A stretch of DNA of 64,000 nt, from positions 1-64,000 of the forward strand of contig JAHLWZ010000869.1 in the NCBI GenBank assembly GCA_020536535.1, written 5' to 3'. Each line of letters opens with the position of its first letter. The first letter of the stretch is position 1. Below, in pieces: positions 37,596 to 48,268 of the stretch. The notes under the pieces are model-generated. The model ran no database searches. It worked only from the letters and a program-made list of their open reading frames with translations, and was not told where the DNA came from. Source of the DNA: Pelomyxa schiedti. Its lineage: Eukaryota; Protista; Evosea. A program made the position numbers and the translations under genes.

Positions 37596-38891
37596 ATGAT
37601 AACGAGGAAGAACGCACGAGAGCTTGTGCTCGTGGACGGGGAGTACTCTGGGGACTTCAAGGGGGAGCTGAGGGACGGATGGGGGCTGTTTAGGAACGCC
37701 AGGGGCGACGTGTACGAGGGCGAGTGGAAGAACGACTCGATGCACGGCTGGGGCTCCATGAAGTACGCCGCCGGCGCCCAGTACGAGGGCGAGTGGGCCT
37801 GCGGCTGCCGCGAGGGCCGCGGCACCCTCACCTGCCCCGGCGGCGACAAGTTCGCGGGCGAGTGGGCCTGCGACGAGCTCCTCCGCGGCGTGTGGCGCTC
37901 CCCCGGCACCAACAACAGCAACAGCAACAGCAGCAGCAGCTCCGCCCCCTCGGCGGCGGCCCAGGACCCCGCCTCCTCGGCCTCCTCCTCCTCAGCAACC
38001 AGCAAGGACGGCGACGTGTACGAGGGCGAGTTCAGCAACGGCAAGCGCGAGGGCAAGGGCGTGTACGGCTTTGGCGACGGCCGCGTGTACGACGGGCAGT
38101 GGAAGGCGGGGCTGCGGCACGGCCGCGGGCGCATGGTGTACCCCGACGGCTCGGTGTACAGCGGGCAGTGGAAGGCCGACATGCGCGACGGCCGCGGGCT
38201 GTTCCGGCACCCCTCGGGCGACGTCTACAGCGGCGAGTACCGCGCCGACAAGCGCGACGGCCGCGGCTCCGTCGTCTTCGCCAACTCGGGCCTGTCGTTC
38301 CAGGGCACCTTCAGGAACGGCGTGCGCTGCGGCGTCGGCGTCTTCGCGTGCGCCGACGGCCGCACCCTCCGCTGCGAGTGGCGCGACGACGCCCCGGACC
38401 CCGAGCGCCCCTGCGCCGTGCTCACCAGCGTCGACAACCAGGTCATCACAAAGTGCGAGTGGAAGGTCGGGGCCACGGGCCCCAGCGGCGAGAAGATCGC
38501 GGTCCTGGAGGGCAGGGGCACCCAGATGGACCTGGCCACCGGCGAAGTGTCTTGCGTGATCTGTGCTGATGGTGGGCTTGTGAGCGAGAGCCCTCTTACT
38601 GAGAGCCCTGTGGTTGCTGCGGATTCGAAGCCACCGCATTCGGCCACGGGAACACCCGCAACCACAACAACGACGACGACTACAGCAGCAACCACATCCA
38701 CATCCACAACAACGACATCTTCATTACCAAATTCGGGAGGATCCGCAACATCACTGCACGAGGCAACCAATTCCAAAGACTGGGTGACAGTTTTTGAGCC
38801 TCTCAGCAACCAACTTTACAAAGTGTTTCACACTCAGCTTCACCCATGCCAACCCGTGCAAGCACCTTCGAAGCGCAATAGCTCAACTTGA
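37596..38891 (+). CDS. MORN-repeat protein, intronless
   Basis: About nine YxGxW/F..G.R.G.G repeats, e.g. YEGEWKNDSMHGWG and YDGQWKAGLRHGRG. Confidence 0.95.
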   Translation: MITRKNARELVLVDGEYSGDFKGELRDGWGLFRNARGDVYEGEWKNDSMHGWGSMKYAAGAQYEGEWACGCREGRGTLTCPGGDKFAGEWACDELLRGVWRSPGTNNSNSNSSSSSAPSAAAQDPASSASSSSATSKDGDVYEGEFSNGKREGKGVYGFGDGRVYDGQWKAGLRHGRGRMVYPDGSVYSGQWKADMRDGRGLFRHPSGDVYSGEYRADKRDGRGSVVFANSGLSFQGTFRNGVRCGVGVFACADGRTLRCEWRDDAPDPERPCAVLTSVDNQVITKCEWKVGATGPSGEKIAVLEGRGTQMDLATGEVSCVICADGGLVSESPLTESPVVAADSKPPHSATGTPATTTTTTTTAATTSTSTTTTSSLPNSGGSATSLHEATNSKDWVTVFEPLSNQLYKVFHTQLHPCQPVQAPSKRNSST

Positions 38892-38985
38892 TGATAAATA
38901 AGCAAATGCCAACAATAAGAACAGTTTGTAAAATAAGTCAAGACAAAGAACGAGGCTTTATTTTGTACATCCAGTTGTTTTTGGT

Positions 38986-41006
38986 CTAAGTCTTGCTTTC
39001 TGGTCGTCTGCATACGAGCTTGTGTGCTGGCCAATCTTTTTTCTGGCATTCCTTTTATTAGTGTTAGGAAGCCATTCTTAATGTGTGATTGAAAGTTTAC
39101 CTTGGAGCAATACCGCACTTTGCCGCATACGCTGCACTGCTTTGTTGTAGGTTTGTTGCACACGGTACAGTGCGGTAAAGGCCGCTCAACGTGTGCCTCC
39201 GCCTGTGCAATCGCCAGGCTCTCGGCCTGTTCCTCAGTGAGTTCTTCTTTGCTCCCAATCGCGGCCTGTACAACACTTGTCATATACTCGTGGTGGAGCT
39301 TGTTCCTCTTCATTCCTTTCAGCTTCCTTTTTTGGCTCACACCTCTGGATTGAGACCGGGAGCGCTTCTCCTCAAATTGGTTCCATATTCTCATGAGCTC
39401 TGCATTATTCTTCGCCGGTTTCAAAGCAAGGTCAAGAACCCCGTGCAAGGTCAGTGGATTGCCCTTTGCCAGGAACTTGGCCATGCGAGATGGCTTCTCT
39501 GCCCAGTATCTGGTCAGGAATTCCACAACTCCTGGCACGGTCTCCAGGGTCTCCAAGGTTCTGAGGAACTTGTATGAAGTGATGTTGTCTCTGACGAGTT
39601 CACGGATGGAGAACAGTGCAAGGGATTGGGCAAAGTTGGGATCCAGGAGAGCAGATTCTTCGGCGGAAAGTTTGGCCAAATGCTGAGGCTGAAGGCACGT
39701 GAAACAATTCGCAAGAATTACTGCTGCATCAAGTTTGACCATCAAATTCATCTCCGGGTTGAGATAGAGCAGCCTTGCATGTTGCACCATCTTCAATCGC
39801 GTATCTGATTCGAAAAGGGGACATAAATTGGCAATGTTTGAGATCATGCAAAGTATGTCCTGTATGACAGAGACGGGCAAAGGTTCTCGATTGAAGAGCC
39901 GTAGCACTATTGACACTGTTTTGTCAATTTTAGTAACCACCTCGGGATCTTTTGCGGCAAGAGGTTCGAATTCAAGCAAGCTGCTCAAAAGAATACCAAA
40001 CCTCCCGAGCAGTGTAGCACAGAGAATCTTTTTGTCCCCAACTGCTGCTAGGAAACAAGGATAAACGAGACGGGATACCGGACAAGATCTCACCACTTTT
40101 TCCGGTTCCATGAGCATCAACTCAAGGATCATGTTAGCCTATCAAGAAAGTGAAAAGCAAGGAAGGGCAGCAAATAAGTCTACTATAGGCGGCTGCGAAT
40201 CGGCCTTTCCAAGAATACTGATCATCACGTCAACAAGGTCTTGTTTGAAGAGTTCAGGCATGATTGTTTTTGTTGGAACGGGTGGTGTGAAGAAGATGAA
40301 TGTGTCCTTATTCTTCAGGAAATGTAATATCTGAGAAGCTTCCTAGTTGAGGGAATGAGGGAAAAACGAGGCTACAATTCGAAATGCACTTGAACGAACG
40401 CACCATTGGGCCGGCGTCACGTAGAAAACGCAGCAAAACAGAACACTTTTCGCTCAACGTTGCATCTCTTTTGGTTTGCAGGGCGGACGTCAAACTGTTT
40501 GTCAGCTCAGGGAAGCATGCTATGTGGGTAGGAAGCTCCACCAATTCAAGGCTTGCAGAGGACCCCCCGCACAGCCAACATGTGCAGTTCCTCCCGTCAC
40601 TGCTCTGACAGTCGTTGCTTTTGCTTTTGGTACCGCCGGTAGTTTTCTCCCCGTACCCGGACGAAGGTGTGGCGCCGGGGGGCGGCGTGTAGTTGTCGAT
40701 GGGGGTGTACTTGCGCGGTAGGTCACGCAAGAACGCCGGGATTGTGGGAGCATGTTCTGTTGTTGTTGTTGTTGCTGTGGCTGTGGCTGTTGCAGCAGTG
40801 CTCACACTCGCTGTTGGGCCAACAACAGGCGGCGCATTTGCTGCCGTCTTGGCATCGGCTTTGACGGTGCTCGTTGTGGCACCTTTGATCGGTTCTGGTG
40901 CCGGCACCTTTCGCTCCGATCTCGTACTCGTCGTCGATTCGGCGGGGCGGGCATTCGATGGCGTAGTGGAAGTAGTTGTTGCTGGTAACAGGAAACCCTT
41001 TTTCAT
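38986..41006 (-). CDS. MYND zinc-finger protein with helical (ARM-like) central region
   Basis: CTVCNKPTTKQCSVCGKVRYCSK/ECQKKDWPAHKLVC; probable start MKKGFLL at 41006. Confidence 0.85.
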
Positions 41007-41067
41007 GATGCCGTGTGTGGTTGAATCAATTCCACTTCCCGAACGTTCAGAAGTGTGAAATAAACAA

Positions 41068-43896
41068 ATGACAACAACGGCCCAAGAGGCAACGACGCCG
41101 GGTTCCGTTGCGGGAACCACGGCTGCCACCACCGCTCCTCCATCGGAAGTAACGCCTACCAATGTTACAGCTCCACCAGATTCATCCAGCACCTTACCTT
41201 CAACCAGTGCTGCCACGATCACGACCACCAGCACCACGTCGTCGGAACAGCAGCAGCAGCAGCCACCCGCATCCGCAACAACAACAGCAACAACAGCAGC
41301 AGCAGCAACGACGACACAGTCATCAAGCAGTGGGCGTGTTGAACTTGTAGCCAAGATTGCGCCGTACCCGCGAGGGGCGTCGGGGATGGTCCCAGGGGGT
41401 GAAAGTAGCGGCTCGTGCGTGGCTTGGGACGAAGCGACCAGGAATCGGCTGGTTCTGCTGACTTCACTCAGCGTGGTTGAGCCGGCCTCGCCGTCGTCGA
41501 CTACTACTACAACAGCAGCAACAACAACAACAGGTCGTAGTGGTGGTGATTCGGCGGGCGGGAATGTTTAAGAATATTCTAAAAATAGAGTATTAGAGTG
41601 TATCGCGTGCGTGTACATATCCGTGTATTGAAAGAGAACTTATTACCTGTGGGTGGCGTACTAGGTGTTGCCAAGAGGAACCCTGTGGAAGTTGTTCTTG
41701 TAATTGACATAAGTGGGAGCATGTCAGACAATTTGCGACTGGTGATGACTACAATTCAGTTCATTATATCAAAGGTTCATCCCTCCACCTTGCTGGTCTT
41801 TAATCCCCCTTGAAGCTAACAGATGGTGATAGACTTGCACTCGTTTCTTTCAACTTTCAGGCTAGAATTGAATTTTCCCTGCTTTCTATGTCAGAAGAAA
41901 ACAAATCATTTGTCACTTCAATTCTTCCACATATCACTGCTTGTAACACCCAACAAGTGGGGATTTATGTTCTCACATTAAACAGCAGGAGGCACGAACT
42001 TGAGTGGAGGATTATTGATGGGACTCCAGTTGCTCGCCGAAGCCCCGCCTTCTAAGACGGTAACTCTACGGCTTCCTCTTATTTGCCTCAATACAATTCT
42101 ACAGATCAAGTCGTGCTTGCTTCTAACAGATGGTCACGCCAATGCAGGAATTACTGACGCAGTCCAAATTATCGAGGCAGCGAACAAACTTGCGGCAAAA
42201 GCAGATTGGTACTCTTTTTTGTATTTCAATACCACTCATAAGAATAGCACAATCTTTTGTTTTGGTTATGGTGAATCTCATGACTCGAAGCTTATGACAA
42301 ACATATCATCTGGACGTGGTGGGATGTACTATCCAATGCAGGTGCCTATTTCTACATTAGTTCCCCAGTAATAATTTAGGCAGTAAATGAAATCCCAATT
42401 GCGTTTGGGGATGTTCTCGGCGGGCTCGTGAGTGTTTGCGGACAAAACATCCGCCTCTCAGCAACACCTCATAATAGTGCGGTAACCATAGTTAAAATCC
42501 TGCACAGTGGAACAGAAGTCCCACATAGCGATGTAAGAGATATGAAGTAGTAATGCATTTTTATGTGGCCCCAGGGTTCACTATGCAAATCATTACTCCT
42601 GGGGGATATATGTGAAGGAGAAAATAGGAACACTGTTTTCATAATTGATACTCCCACCGATAACCGTGACATGTATGTTCTCACTTAAAAAAAAACCAAC
42701 ATGAACCGTTTCAAATGGAAGGAATTCACCAATAGTCCGAGTCGATATGTCATATTTTCATGTAGCGACAGCAGAAATCATTTCAGCATCCTCTGTTGTT
42801 ACCTACTCTGATATTATAGCAAATGAAACCGAGGCCGTCCAGATTTACCGTCATTTGAACCGATTCACAGCTTCCAAAGCTTTATCTGCAGCTGCTGAAT
42901 TAACTGCTAACAGACTATTTACCGAATCTGTCACACTACTCCAAAATACAGCCACACTGATGCAGTTTGTTTAATTCTAGTGCAAAAACTTTCTAATCAA
43001 AATAACAGAGCAATTAGCACAGACGCTGTAAGCAATGAATTGAGAAAAGACCTTTCACAAATGGCAGAACAAGTCCCGACAAACCGAGTTTCAGTTTCCC
43101 AGATGCGCAGTACAGCCTTCTCACATGACCGAGGTAACAGTATTCCCGGCTCCGATTTTCTCACTGGTCATAGAAAGGGATTCTACAAGAGAAAATCGCA
43201 CTTATGGATACCAAAACGCATCACGAGGCCGTGCGAGGTATGACTCAGCAGATTGGTGTGCAAGAGAAATGGCTCGAGATAGAGATAGGGACAGAGACAC
43301 GGCAACTTACACAGGTAATATTTCCGTTTGGCTTCACTCTCATCGTTGCAGCGCGAGGAGGACGGGGTGCCTGTATGACAAGACGTGGAGGGCGTTTCGA
43401 CTCCGCTGACTTTCGTACCACTGAGGTAAGAGAAAGAGATATAACAGAAAGAAAAGAAAGGGAAGCCCCTGGAAGAGACAGAGATATAGATAGATCAGAC
43501 AGAGACCGTGATCGTGAGCGTGACCGCGAGCGTGATAGAGCAGACAGAGATCGTGACCGTGACCGTTGCCGTGACCGATCAGACCGTGACCGTGACAGAG
43601 CAGACAGGGACCGTGACAGATCAGACAGAGACCGTGACCGTGACCGTGACCGTGACCGTGACCGTGACAGATCAGAACGCGACTGTTGCCTTGACTGTAA
43701 CGACTCTAGAAGAAGCTCTACACTTCTGGGCACAGAGCCGAATCAAGCCAGTGGCAATTCCACAATGCCAGGCACAAGTAACGAGGCAACCACTGCATCG
43801 ACTACCCAGTGCGCTCCCCCGACACAAGGTGGCTCCCTGCAGACCACGCAGTCCCAGTCCCAGACATCTCCACCCAGCAGCACCAACAACCCGTGA
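41068..43896 (+). CDS. VWA-domain protein (Vwaint/ITIH-like type) with RD-dipeptide C-terminal tail
   Basis: MIDAS VIDISGSMS, DRLALVSFN, GGTNL, LLTDGHAN, IFCFGYGESHD; the tail is spliced into the RD-repeat frame. Confidence 0.88.
43490..43680 (+). repeat. Coding hexamer repeat (GACCGT/GACAGA)n encoding Arg-Asp
   Basis: Directly visible tandem repeat. Confidence 0.95.
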
Positions 43897-44275
43897 GACC
43901 CTCGGCACACTACCCCCCGAACGCGAATCTCCTATCTGTTAGTTGATTTTCAACAAACCCGTCACAGCCTATTTTAGGCAAAAATCGTTTTTGTTTCTTA
44001 TTTCTGGGTGCGGTTTTTTCCAACTAGAACGGCGGTCCAGGCGATTCCTCCGGCCGACATCAACAATCGACGGCGCAAAAAATCCGTGATGCAGCGCATC
44101 CTCCCCCATTTTACTCAAAAAAAAACAAGCCGAACACTCCACAGGACACTTCTGGGATCTCGCTGGTATTACTCCCGATACACACCAACTACTACACTCG
44201 CTTACTTTCCTTAACAGCGTTTGAGTGCACGCGAGGGCAGTAAATTCAACAAGGAGGGCTCTGTTCTTCTGAGTG

Positions 44276-46705
44276 ATGAGGAATATTTTACGCCTTATTT
44301 ATTTCGGCTACGGATCAACCGCAGCCGTTGTTTCCGTTGCGTTTGTGCTCGTGGCGATTGCACCGTTGGGTGCCAATACCGAGATCTCGGAGCCATTTAC
44401 TCCCGGTGGGTGCGTGAATGAATACCAGAGGGATTTCGTTTTCGACGTTCCCAGCTCCTTCTACGTGCTGTACACTGAAATTGAGCTGCAAGCTCCCGAC
44501 TATGAGGCCGAAGCAGAACAACCAGCGCTCGTTTTGGCATTGCAGAGAAGAACACCTCTTGATTCCGAGGTGACAGAGAAACGTACTGAGAAGGTTTTTT
44601 TTCTTCTTATCCTTGTTCGTTTCGTCCTAATACAAGGTAGTTAATGGATAATGATGACGTTCGAAGCTTGAGTTCAAGTACTTCTAGTAGATCAGGTAGC
44701 TCAAGCAGTGAACCAATGCCGCCGGCTGATACGCACGGCGAGTGGGTTATTGCCGACGACTCTCTGGAATGCGTTGTCGCTGCAAAGAGGTTTAAATGTG
44801 TCAAGAATTACGACGCAGATCAATGGAACCACACGGATCACGATGTGTACCGCTTCTCAGTATCTTCTCACGGAAACTCTACTTCACCAGTGTGCTTGGT
44901 TTTCACCACTGTTCCTCTGGGCAAGATTGGCCAGTATCAGGCTTACTTTGCCGGAGCTGTGTTCATAGTTGTATTTACAATTCTGGCTTTTGAACTGGTA
45001 TCTCGTGCTATAGTTACAATGCTTGGAGATGTAGTTCTGTTCGGACTTCTATGGGCCTTTCAATCCCAGCCAACATTGGAATCAGTAATGTCATGGTTGG
45101 ACTGGCGAACCATGGTGCTCCTTACATCAATGATGATTGCTGTTGCTGTATTTGCTGAAACGGGATTCTTTGAGTTTGCAGCATGGCAAGTACTGAAGTT
45201 CAGCAAGAAGTACTGGTCAAATGTGCCCGTAGTCAATCGCAAATGGAGAATTTTACTCATTTTGGGAGCCATGACCGCCGCTGCTAGCGCTTTTCTTGAC
45301 AATTGCACAACCGTTTTGCTGTTCGCACCAGTGACAGTTCGGATGGCCCGGTTGCTGGAAAGTGACCCCCTTCCTCTGTTAGTTTCTATGATTTACTTCT
45401 GCACAATGGGTGGAGCGATGACCTACGTAGGAGACCCTCCAAATCTTATTATTGGGGGTCAGTTTGAACTTGGCTTCAACGACTTCATCATCAACTGCTC
45501 ACCTCCAATCCTTTTTATACTACCATTTGCCATTGTCTATATATATCTGGTTTTCAGAAAGAGAATGCGTCTAGTTGTCAAGCCAGGGGAAGTTGTGGAT
45601 GAAAAAACTGAGACTAAAGCCTCTGGTCATGTAAGATTGACATCAAAGCATGAAGACGAGGAAGAACCGTAGGCCCCCTTTCCCCGTCATTAATCTGACT
45701 CACGTTACTTAAGGGATTCTGGCCCACTCCCAGGCGATACGGCAGGGGACCCAGGGAGCACGTAAGTAGAAACATCCCTCACCTAAGTACCTAATCTACG
45801 TGCAGTGAAATTGCAATGTCCGTGGCAGAAGATTCCAAACTCCCTACAGCAGAGGTGATTCCCAGTTCAGCACCTGAGACCCCTGGGGCCACCATTGAAG
45901 TAGATCCCGAAGAAGAGAAAAGACGCAAAGAAGCGGAAATGGATGCAGGTATCTTTCCTCACACCATGCCTTTCCTCATTATTTTGGCAGAGTACCGAAT
46001 ACGTGATAAGAAGACCTTCTTGAAATCTGTTATTATTTTGGGAATCATGCTAGTTTTCTTCTTGTTGGAGAGTGTAACTCTGGTCTCTACAACATGGGTT
46101 GCTGTTATTGGTTCAGGAATCTTACTGCTGATCACTACCCCACGCCAAATAGCACCTATTTTGGAGAAAGTGGAGTGGCCAACTTTGTTCTTCTTTGCAT
46201 ACCTCTTTGTCTTTGTTAAGTTGGTGGAAAAGCTTGGGGTTATTCTTCTCATAAGTGAATTAACCATTACCCTTATCGAAGGTATGGCCACTTCTAATTT
46301 CTCTCTTCACTTACATTTATTCCAGCTTTTCCAGTTGACGCTAGACTTCCCATGGCCATGATGATTATTCTTTGGATGAGCGCACTTTTGGCATGCTGGT
46401 GCAACAACATTGCTTTCACAGCATCCATTATTCCGCTCATCTACTATATTGCCAACAAGCCAGGGCTTGGTGTGCCCTTGAGACCACTGGCATGGACACT
46501 GGCACTTGGTGTGGCCATGAGTGCAAACGCAACCCTTATTGCCGCAGCACCTAACTTGATTGTTGCTCAAATTGCTGGGCGGGCTGGCTACACAATCTCC
46601 TTTCTGCGTTTCTTAGCCTGGGGATTCCCCTTCATGCTCTACACCACAGCCCTTATTAGTGGGTACCTTTTGTGTGTGTACTGGTGGTGGGGGTTCTCCG
46701 GCTAG
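44276..46705 (+). CDS. ArsB/NhaD (P-protein/OCA2, CitMHS-like) ion transporter; start uncertain
   Basis: SAFLDNCTTVLL, GGAMTYVGDPPNLII, VEWPTLFFF, ANATLIAAAPN and many hydrophobic helices. Confidence 0.9.
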
Positions 46706-47267
46706 TTGTATTCATGTACATCTCAATATAAAAAAAAAGTCATTATGTACAATTTTCTTGTTTTAGTTGTTAACCATAGAACCTATTGTGATTGGACGGC
46801 AATTCACTCCTGCTTGAGGTTAGTAAAAAAAGCAAGGGAAATTCCTAAAACCTGTTTGAGGTACAATGACAGGAAACTAAAGGTTCCTTTGCTTTGATGA
46901 AGGGAACAAACTTGTGAGGCGTTCGAGTTCAGTCATGTCTAATTTTCTGTCGTTGTGGCTTGGTGGTACTGGCAGGGAACGAGTGTTAACAAGAGCAACC
47001 TATGTTTGAGGAGAGGAAGGGAGGCTGGTTAGAAGTAGTAACTTGGACATGTATATTTTGTTATAAGTTATGATTTATTTATAGGTGAAGTGTGCTAAGG
47101 TTATTTTGCGGCTGCGGTGGTTGATTATGTTAAGGTAGTTGTGGCGTCCTCTGCTATTTTTCGGCCTGTTTCGGCATTTAACATTGCCAGGTTATGATGC
47201 GTTTAGGAAAACAAGCATGAAAGATAGCCGAGGTTGCAGTAACTGGAGTATAGTGTTGAGAGAAAAG

Positions 47268-48182
47268 TCAAGTAGCGATTATTGCCTGTCTATTTACAAA
47301 TGATGTCCTAACTAGCACATGTAATCCTTCTTCAGCAGTCACAACCAGAAATGGTACGTGATTAGGAAGCTTGAGATGCAAAAATGCACTAGCATGTGAA
47401 AGAGAAAAGTGGGCAGCGTGAGTTTTGCCTCCTGGTGGGTTCCTGTGTGATAGTTCAACAAGATAACAGCAGTGACAAGGTACTACACATTTGATTCACT
47501 CTGCCTCTTTTTTTCTTTTCAACTCGATTTTACATTAATTACATCTCCACATGTACTTTATTTGTTTTCGGTTTTGGGTAATGAAACTAAAATACCATAG
47601 CAAACACAAGCTGTTAGTCTTCATAAGCCTCGCGACAGTCGGCGAGAATTTCAGCTCAGCGAGGGTGCAGGCCAGACCAAATCCACATACGAGCACGCCA
47701 TCAGGCAGAGGATCGGGGAACAAGTCCAGGAAGTCCATGAGTTCCTCGACTATCCACAGAACAACGACCCTCACGCCCCGCAGCGCCTCCTCGGTCCCGC
47801 CCACAACGTCCTCGTCCCGCCCAAAGTCCACGCCGTGGCCCCCGCCCAGGCACAGCCTCCTGAGCATGGTCGGCCGCGAGCCCCGGCCTGCGCCGGGCGC
47901 CGGGCCCCACCCGCTGCCGTTCTTCTTCGCCGCGGCGGTCGTGGAGGTGCAGGTGGTGGCCGTGGTGGTCGGCACGCCGTGGCCAGGGGCCTGGGCGGGC
48001 ACGTGGGACGAGCTCGTGGGCGGGTGGGCGTGGGCGCCGTTTGTGGGGGCGGTGGTGCGGCCGTTCGGGATTGTGGGAGGAGGAAGGCCGGAGGTGCGCT
48101 GAGGATTTGCAGTGCCCATCGTTTGGTCCCCAGTGAGGTCGATGAAGTCGAACGCCGACGCCGCGGGCTCGTCGTGCGCCAT
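47268..48182 (-). CDS. Putative ZNF451-like PIN-domain protein with N-terminal SIM; 3' end uncertain
   Basis: VLWIVEELMDFLDLFPDPLPDGVLVCGF and GKTHAAHFSLSHASAFLHLKLPNHVPFLVVTAEEGL resemble the ZNF451 C-terminal PIN-like pattern (recalled, not searched); N-terminal FIDLT. Confidence 0.5.
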
Positions 48183-48268
48183 TGCCGAATTGTACCTTTT
48201 TTTTTATTATTATTCTATACTAGATAACAGATTAGATCAGAAATTTTTTTCCGTCTCGCATTTCCACG

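Noticed and set aside
43245-43733. Apparent SR-protein ORF on the minus strand
   Set aside because: Reverse complement of the RD repeat; no RRM and no separate gene structure.
44276-46705. Transporter as a tungstate importer for AOR
   Set aside because: It is a P-protein/ArsB-NhaD type common in eukaryotes, 12 kb away with unrelated genes between; no supporting evidence.
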